Below, in pieces: positions 55,201 through 64,000 of a DNA stretch of 64,000 nucleotides; the first letter of the stretch is position 1, and every line of letters begins with the position of its first letter. The translations under genes were made by a program, and so were the position numbers. Origin of the DNA: the human T2T-CHM13v2.0 reference genome, Homo sapiens; NCBI RefSeq assembly GCF_009914755.1, contig NC_060936.1; one strand, 5' to 3'. Under the pieces are notes generated by a model. It did no database searches and was not told the origin of the DNA. It saw nothing but the letters and a program-made list of their open reading frames with translations.

Positions 55201-58200
55201 GCTCTGTCTAAAGGAAGGTTCAACTCTGTGAGTTGAATACACACACCACAAATAAGTTACTGAGAATTCTTCTGTCGAACATTACATGAAGAAATCCCGT
55301 TTCCAACGAAGGCCTCAAAGACGTCCAAATATCCACTTGCAGACATTACAAAGAGAGTGTTTCCAAACTGCTCCATCAAAAGAAAGGTTAAACTCTGTGA
55401 GCTGAACACACACATCAAAAAGAAGTTTCTGTGAATGATTCTGTCTAGATTTTATAAGAAGATGTTTCCTTTTCTACCGTAGGCCTCAAAGCGCTTGAAA
55501 TCTCCAGCTGCAAATTCCACAAAAAGGGTGTTTAACATCTGCTCTTCTAAAGGAAAGTTCAACTCTATGAGTTGAATACACACAGCACAAAGAAGTTACT
55601 GAGACTTCTTCTGTCTAACATTATATGAAGAAATCCCGTTTCCAACGAAGGCCTCAAAGAGGTCCAAATATCTGCTTGCAGACTTTACAGACAGAGTGTT
55701 TCCAAACTGCTCCATCAAAAGAAAGGTTAAACTCCTTGAGTTGAACACACACATCACAAAGTAGTTTCTGTGAATGATTCTGTCTAGTTTTTATACGAAG
55801 ATGTTTCCTTTTCTACCTTTGGTCTCAAAGCGATTGAAATCTCCACATGGAAACTCCACAAAAAGAGTGTTTCAAATCTGCTCTTTCTGAAGGAAGGTTC
55901 ATCTCTGTGAGTTGAATACACACACCACAAATAAGTTACTGAGAATTCTTCTGTGTAACATTATATGAGGAAATCCCGTTTCCAACGAAGGCCTCAAAGA
56001 GATCCAAATATCCACTTGCAGACTTTACAAAGACAGTGTCTCCAAACTCCTCCATCAAAAGAAAGGTTATACTCTGTGAATTGAACGCACACATCACAAA
56101 GTAGTTTCTGAGAATGATTCTGTCTAGTTTTTATACGAAGATATTTCCTTTTCTACATTTGGCCTAAAAGCGCTTGAAATCTCCACCTGCAAATATCACA
56201 AAAAGAGGGTTTCACATCTGCTCTGTTTAAAGGACAGTTCACCTCTGTGAGTTGAATAGAGGCAACACAAAGAACTTACTCAGTATTCTTCTTTCTAGCG
56301 TTCTATGAAGAAATCCCGTTTCCAACGAAGGCCCCAAAGAGGTTCAAATATCTGCTTGCAGACTTTACAGACAGAGTGTTTCCAAACTACTCTATGAAAA
56401 GAAAGCTTAAACTCCTTGAGTTGAACGCACACATCACAAAGTAGTTTCTGAGAATGATTCTGTCTAGTTTTTATACGAAGATGTTTCCTTTTCTACATTT
56501 GGTCTCAAAGCGATTCAAATCTCCAACTGGAAACTGCACAAATAGGGTGTTTCAAATCTGCTCTGTCTAAAGGAAGGTTCAACTCTGTGAGTTGAATACA
56601 CACACCACAAATAAGTTACTGAGAATTCTTCTGTCGAACATTACATGAAGAAATCCCGTTTCCAACGAAGGCCTCAAAGACGTCCAAATATCCACTTGCA
56701 GACATTACAAACAGAGTGTTTCCAAACTGCTCCATCAAAAGAAAGGTTAAACTCTGTGAGCTGAACACACACATCAAAAAGAAGTTTCTGTGAATGATTC
56801 TGTCTAGATTTTATAAGAAGATGTTTCCTTTTCTACCGTAGGCCTCAAAGCGCTTGAAATCTCCAGCTGCAAATTCCACAAAAAGGGTGTTTAACATCTG
56901 CTCTTCTAAAGGAAAGTTCAACTCTATGAGTTGAATACACACAGCACAAAGAAGTTACTGAGACTTCTTCTGTCTAACATTATATGAAGAAATCCCGATT
57001 CCAACGAAGGCCTCAAAGAGGTCCAAATATCTGCCTGCAGACTTTACAGACAGAGTGTTTCCAAACTGCTCCATCAAAAGAAAGGTTAAACTCCTTGAGT
57101 TGAACACACACATCACAAAGTAGTTTCTGTGAATGATTCTGTCTAGTTTTTATACGAAGATGTTTCCTTTTCTACCTTTGGTCTCAAAGCGATTGAAATC
57201 TCCACATGGAAACTCCACAAAAAGAGTGTTTCAAATCTGCTCTTTCTGAAGGAAGGTTCATCTCTGTGAGTTGAATACACACACCACAAATAAGTTACTG
57301 AGAATTCTTCTGTGTAACATTATATGAGGAAATCCCGTTTCCAACGAAGGCCTCAAAGAGATCCAAATATCCACTTGCAGACTTTACAAAGACAGTGTCT
57401 CCAAACTCCTCCATCAAAAGAAAGGTTATACTCTGTGAATTGAACGCACACATCACAAAGTAGTTTCTGAGAATGATTCTGTCTAGTTTTTATACGAAGA
57501 TATTTCCTTTTCTACATTTGGCCTAAAAGCGCTTGAAATCTCCACCTGCAAATATCACAAAAAGAGGGTTTCACATCTGCTCTTTCTAAAGGACAGTTCA
57601 CCTCTGTGAGTTGAATAGAGGCAACACAAAGAACTTACTCAGTATTCTTCTTTCTAGCGTTCTATGAAGAAATCCCGTTTCCAACGAAGGCCCCAAAGAG
57701 GTCCAAATATCTGCTTGCAGACTTTACAGACAGAGTGTTTCCAAACTACTCTATGAAAAGAAAGCTTAAACTCCCTGAGTTGAACGCACACATCACAAAG
57801 TAGTTTCTGAGAATGATTCTGTCTAGTTTTTATACGAAGATGTTTCCTTTTCTACATTTGGTCTCAAAGCGATTGAAATCTCCAACTGGAAACTGCACAA
57901 ATAGGGTGTTTCAAATCTGCTCTGTCTAAAGGAAGGTTCAACTCTGTGAGTTGAATACACACACCACAAATAAGTTACTGAGAATTCTTCTGTCGAACAT
58001 TACTTGAAGAAATCCCGTTTCCAACGAAGGCCTCAAAGAGGTCCAAATATCCACTTGCAGACATTACAAACAGAGTGTTTCCAAACTGCTCCATCAAAAG
58101 AAAGGTTAAACTCTGTGAGCTGAACACACACATCAAAAAGAAGTTTCTGTGAATGATTCTGTCTAGATTTTATAAGAAGATGTTTCCTTTTCTACCGTAG

Positions 58201-58411
58201 GCCTCAAAGCGCTTGAAATCTCCAGCTGCAAATTCCACAAAAAGGGTGTTTAACATCTGCTCTTCTAAAGGAAAGTTCAACTCTATGAGTTGAATACACA
58301 CAGCACAAAGAAGTTACTGAGACTTCTCCTATCAAACATTATATGAAGAAATCCCGTTTCCAACGAAGGCCTCAAAGAGGTCCAAATATCTGCTTGCAGA
58401 CTTTACAGACA

Positions 58412-61129
58412 GAGTGTTTCCAAACTGCTCCATCAAAAGAAAGGTTAACCTCCTTGAGTTGAACACACACATCACAAAGTAGTTTCTGTGAATGATTCTG
58501 TCTAGTTTTTATACGAAGATGTTTCCTTTTCTACCTTTGGTCTCAAAGCGATTGAAATCTCCACATGGAAACTCCACAAAAAGAGTGTTTCAAATCTGCT
58601 CTTTCTGAAGGAAGGTTCATCTCTGTGAGTTGAATACACACACCACAAATAAGTTACTGAGAATTCTTCTGTGTAACATTATATGAGGAAATCCCGTTTC
58701 CAACGAAGGCCTCAAAGAGGTCCAAATATCCACTTGCAGACTTTACAAAGACAGTGTTTCCAAACTCCTCCATCAAAAGAAAGGTTATACTCTGTGAATT
58801 GAACGCACACATCACAAAGTAGTTTCTGAGAATGATTCTGTCTAGTTTTTATACGAAGATATTTCCTTTTCTACATTTGGCCTAAAAGCGCTTGAAATCT
58901 CCACCTGCAAATATCACAAAAAGAGGGTTTCACATCTGCTCTGTCTAAAGGACAGTTCACCTCTGTGAGTTGAATAGAGGCAACACAAAGAACTTACTCA
59001 GTATTCTTCTTTCTAGCGTTCTATGAAGAAATCCCGTTTCCAACGAAGGCCCCAAAGAGGTCCAAATATCTGCTTGCAGACTTTACAGACAGAGTGTTTC
59101 CAAACTACTCTATGAAAAGAAAGCTTAAACTCCTTGAGTTGAACGCACACATCACAAAGTAGTTTCTGAGAATGATTCTGTCTAGTTTTTATACGAAGAT
59201 GTTTCCTTTTCTACATTTGGTCTCAAAGCGATTGAAATCTCCAACTGGAAACTGCACAAATAGGGTGTTTCAAATCTGCTCTGTCTAAAGGAAGGTTCAA
59301 CTCTGTGAGGTGAATACACACACCACAAATAAGTTACTGAGAATTCTTCTGTCGAACATTACTTGAAGAAATCCCGTTTCCAACGAAGGCCTCAAAGAGG
59401 TCCAAATATCCACTTGCAGACATTACAAACAGAGTGTTTCCAAACTGCTCCATCAAAAGAAAGGTTAAACTCTGTGAGCTGAACACACACATCAAAAAGA
59501 AGTTTCTGTGAATGATTCTGTCTAGATTTTATAAGAAGATGTTTCCTTTTCTACCGTAGGCCTCAAAGCGCTTGAAATCTCCAGCTGCAAATTCCACAAA
59601 AAGGGTGTTTAACATCTGCTCTTCTAAAGGAAAGTTCAACTCTATGAGTTGAATACACACAGCACAAAGAAGTTACTGAGACTTGTCCTATCAAACATTA
59701 TATGAAGAAATCCCGTTTCCAACGAAGGCCTCAAAGAGGTCCAAATATCTGCTTGCAGACTTTACAGACAGAGTGTTTCCAAACTGCTCCATCAAAAGAA
59801 AGGTTAACCTCCTTGAGTTGAACACACACATCACAAAGTAGTTTCTGTGAATGATTCTGTCTAGTTTTTATACGAAGATGTTTCCTTTTCTACCTTTGGT
59901 CTCAAAGCGATTGAAATCTCCACATGGAAACTCCACAAAAAGAGTGTTTCAAATCTGCTCTTTCTGAAGGAAGGTTCATCTCTGTGAGTTGAATACACAC
60001 ACCACAAATAAGTTACTGAGAATTCTTCTGTGTAACATTATATGAGGAAATCCCGTTTCCAACGAAGGCCTCAAAGAGGTCCAAATATCCACTTGCAGAC
60101 TTTACAAAGACAGTGTTTCCAAACTCCTCCATCAAAAGAAAGGTTATACTCTGTGAATTGAACGCACACATCACAAAGTAGTTTCTGAGAATGATTCTGT
60201 CTAGTTTTTATACGAAGATATTTCCTTTTCTACATTTGGCCTAAAAGCGCTTGAAATCTCCACCTGCAAATATCACAAAAAGAGGGTTTCACATCTGCTC
60301 TGTCTAAAGGACAGTTCACCTCTGTGAGTTGAATAGAGGCAACACAAAGAACTTACTCAGTATTCTTCTTTCTAGCGTTCTATGAAGAAATCCCGTTTCC
60401 AACGAAGGCCCCAAAGAGGTCCAAATATCTGCTTGCAGACTTTACAGACAGAGTGTTTCCAAACTACTCTATGAAAAGAAAGCTTAAACTCCTTGAGTTG
60501 AACGCACACATCACAAAGTAGTTTCTGAGAATGATTCTGTCTAGTTTTTATACGAAGATGTTTCCTTTTCTACATTTGGTCTCAAAGCGATTGAAATCTC
60601 CAACTGGAAACTGCACAAATAGGGTGTTTCAAATCTGCTCTGTCTAAAGGAAGGTTCAACTCTGTGAGGTGAATACACACACCACAAATAAGTTACTGAG
60701 AATTCTTCTGTCGAACATTACTTGAAGAAATCCCGTTTCCAACGAAGGCCTCAAAGAGGTCCAAATATCCACTTGCAGACATTACAAACAGAGTGTTTCC
60801 AAACTGCTCCATCAAAAGAAAGGTTAAACTCTGTGAGCTGAACACACACATCAAAAAGAAGTTTCTGTGAATGATTCTGTCTAGATTTTATAAGAAGATG
60901 TTTCCTTTTCTACCGTAGGCCTCAAAGCGCTTGAAATCTCCAGCTGCAAATTCCACAAAAAGGGTGTTTAACATCTGCTCTTCTAAAGGAAAGTTCAACT
61001 CTATGAGTTGAATACACACAGCACAAAGAAGTTACTGAGACTTGTCCTATCAAACATTATATGAAGAAATCCCGTTTCCAACGAAGGCCTCAAAGAGGTC
61101 CAAATATCTGCTTGCAGACTTTACAGACA
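58412..61129. repeat. Two adjacent, apparently identical HOR copies (U44, U45)
   Basis: Both carry aacctcc, gacagtgtttcc, gtgaggtgaat and gacttgtcc. The paralogous block upstream has only one such unit (U33, 43472-44830). Confidence 0.85.
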
Positions 61130-64000
61130 GAGTGTTTCCAAACTGCTCCATCAAAAGAAAGGTTAACCTCCTTGAGTTGAACACACACATCACAAAGTAG
61201 TTTCTGTGAATGATTCTGTCTAGTTTTTATACGAAGATGTTTCCTTTTCTACCTTTGGTCTCAAAGCGATTGAAATCTCCACATGGAAACTCCACAAAAA
61301 GAGTGTTTCAAATCTGCTCTTTCTGAAGGAAGGTTCATCTCTGTGAGTTGAATACACACACCACAAATAAGTTACTGAGAATTCTTCTGTGTAACATTAT
61401 ATGAGGAAATCCCGTTTCCAACGAAGGCCTCAAAGAGGTCCAAATATCCACTTGCAGACTTTACAAAGACAGTGTCTCCAAACTCCTCCATCAAAAGAAA
61501 GGTTATACTCTGTGAATTGAACGCACACATCACAAAGTAGTTTCTGAGAATGATTCTGTCTAGTTTTTATACGAAGATATTTCCTTTTCTACATTTGGCC
61601 TAAAAGCGCTTGAAATCTCCACCTGCAAATATCACAAAAAGAGGGTTTCACATCTGCTCTGTCTAAAGGACAGTTCACCTCTGTGAGTTGAATAGAGGCA
61701 ACACAAAGAACTTACTCAGTATTCTTCTTTCTAGCGTTCTATGAAGAAATCCCGTTTCCAACGAAGGCCCTAAAGAGGTCCAAATATCTGCTTGCAGACT
61801 TTACAGACAGAGTGTTTCCAAACTACTCTATGAAAAGAAAGCTTAAACTCCTTGAGTTGAACGCACACATCACAAAGTAGTTTCTGAGAATGATTCTGTC
61901 TAGTTTTTATACGAAGATGTTTCCTTTTCTACATTTGGTCTCAAAGCGATTGAAATCTCCAACTGGAAACTGCACAAATAGGGTGTTTCAAATCTGCTCT
62001 GTCTAAAGGAAGGTTCAACTCTGTGAGTTGAATACACACACCACAAATAAGTTACTGAGAATTCTTCTGTCGAACATTACTTGAAGAAATCCCGTTTCCA
62101 ACGAAGGCCTCAAAGAGGTCCAAATATCCACTTGCAGACATTACAAACAGAGTGTTTCCAAACTGCTCCATCAAAAGAAAGGTTAAACTCTGTGAGCTGA
62201 ACACACACATCAAAAAGAAGTTTCTGTGAATGATTCTGTCTAGATTTTATAAGAAGATGTTTCCTTTTCTACCGTAGGCCTCAAACCGCTTGAAATCTCC
62301 AGCTGCAAATTCCACAAAAAGAGTGTTTAACATCTGCTCTTCTAAAGGAAAGTTCAACTCTATGAGTTGAATACACACAGCACAAAGAAGTTACTGAGAC
62401 TTCTCCTATCAAACATTATATGAAGAAATCCCGTTTCCAACGAAGGCCTCAAAGAGGTCCAAATATCTGCTTGCAGACTTTACAGACAGAGTGTTTCCAA
62501 ACTGCTCCATCAAAAGGAAGGTTAACCTCCTTGAGTTGAACACACACATCACAAAGTAGTTTCTGTGAATGATTCTGTCTAGTTTTTATACGAAGATGTT
62601 TCCTTTTCTACCTTTGGTCTCAAAGCGATTGAAATCTCCACATGGAAACTCCACAAAAAGAGTGTTTCAAATCTGCTCTTTCTGAAGGAAGGTTCATCTC
62701 TGTGAGTTGAATACACACACCACAAATAAGTTACTGAGAATTCTTCTGTGTAACATTATATGAGGAAATCCCGTTTCCAACGAAGGCCTCAAAGAGGTCC
62801 AAATATCCACTTGCAGACTTTACAAAGACAGTGTCTCCAAACTCCTCCATCAAAAGAAAGGTTATACTCTGTGAATTGAACGCACACATCACAAAGTAGT
62901 TTCTGAGAATGATTCTGTCTAGTTTTTATACGAAGATATTTCCTTTTCTACATTTGGCCTAAAAGCGCTTGAAATCTCCACCTGCAAATATCACAAAAAG
63001 AGGGTTTCACATCTGCTCTGTCTAAAGGACAGTTCACCTCTGTGAGTTGAATAGAGGCAACACAAAGAACTTACTCAGTATTCTTCTTTCTAGCGTTCTA
63101 TGAAGAAATCCCGTTTCCAACGAAGGCCTCAAAGAGGTCAAATATCTGCTTGCAGACTTTACAGACAGAGTGTTTCCAAACTACTCTATGAAAAGAAAGC
63201 TTAAACTCCTTCAGTTGAACGCACACATCACAAAGTAGTTTCTGAGAATGATTCTGTCTAGTTTTTATACGAAGATGTTTCCTTTTCTACATTTGGTCTC
63301 AAAGCGATTGAAATCTCCAACTGGAAACTGCACAAATAGGGTGTTTCAAATCTGCTCTGTCTAAAGGAAGGTTCAACTCTGTGAGTTGAATACACACACC
63401 ACAAATAAGTTACTGAGAATTCTTCTGTCGAACATTACTTGAAGAAATCCCGTTTCCAACGAAGGCCTCAAAGAGGTCCAAATATCCACTTGCAGACATT
63501 ACAAACAGAGTGTTTCCAAACTGCTCCATCAAAAGAAAGGTTAAACTCTGTGAGCTGAACACACACATCAAAAAGAAGTTTCTGTGAATGATTCTGTCTA
63601 GATTTTATAAGAAGATGTTTCCTTTTCTACCGTAGGCCTCAAAGCGCTTGAAATCTCCAGCTGCAAATTCCACAAAAAGGGTGTTTAACATCTGCTCTTC
63701 TAAAGGAAAGTTCAACTCTATGAGTTGAATACACACAGCACAAAGAAGTTACTGAGACTTCTCCTATCAAACATTATATGAAGAAATCCCGTTTTCAACG
63801 AAGGCCTCAAAGAGGTCCAAATATCTGCTTGCAGACTTTACAGACAGAGTGTTTCCAAACTGCTCCATCAAAAGAAAGGTTAAACTCCTTGAGTTGAACA
63901 CACACATCACAAAGTAGTTTCTGTGAATGATTCTGTCTAGTTTTTATACGAAGATGTTTCCTTTTCTACCTTTGGTCTCAAAGCGATTGAAATCTCCACA

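Larger units (their letters stand above)
1..64000 (-). repeat. D12Z3: Centromeric alpha satellite HOR array, SF1 dimeric family, 8-mer of 1359 bp; most likely human chr12 D12Z3 (S1C12H1L)
   Basis: ~170-bp alphoid monomers throughout. The same HOR phase recurs at 1, 1359, 2718, 4077, 5435, 6794, 8153 ... 62489, 63847 (period 1355-1359 bp). SF1-type motifs (gttactgagaattcttctgt; gaaatcccgtttccaacgaaggcctcaaagaggtc). One HindIII and one PvuII site per HOR and ~680-bp EcoRI spacing match my recollection of D12Z3. Alpha satellite identity is near certain; the chromosome assignment is about 0.8 (D10Z1 is the other SF1 8-mer). Confidence 0.95.

Noticed and set aside
1-64000. Alternative 8-mer array assignments (D10Z1; SF2 arrays such as D18Z1, D20Z2, D14Z9/D22Z1)
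   Set aside because: The monomer motifs are SF1-like, which disfavours SF2 arrays. Single HindIII and PvuII sites with 680-bp EcoRI spacing, and no RsaI site that I could see, favour D12Z3 over D10Z1 by recollection. Alignment to T2T-CHM13 would be decisive.
1-64000. Embedded mobile element, inversion or novel gene system
   Set aside because: HOR phase can be followed continuously from 1 to 64000 with only 1-3 bp indels, leaving no room for foreign sequence or strand switches.

Overview
The whole 64 kb window is one uninterrupted, single-orientation array of primate (human-type) centromeric alpha satellite. ~170-bp monomers form ~340-bp A/B dimers (suprachromosomal family 1 type), and four dimers form a 1359-bp 8-monomer higher-order repeat (HOR). 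There are 47 complete HOR copies plus a partial 48th (numbered U1-U48 below). Each HOR has four CENP-B boxes on the minus strand, two EcoRI sites ~680 bp apart, and single HindIII, PvuII and XbaI sites. This best fits the active chromosome 12 array D12Z3 (S1C12H1L); the assignment is from recall, not a database search. I see no genes, transposons or inversions. The four short ORFs are by-products of rare indels/substitutions in two duplicated HOR copies. I found no new biological system. What is worth a second look is the array history readable from shared variants: nested block duplications (1, 3, 4 and ~11-14 HORs), chimeric HOR copies, apparent short conversion tracts and an uneven distribution of broken CENP-B boxes. 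All variants were read by eye, so counts are approximate.
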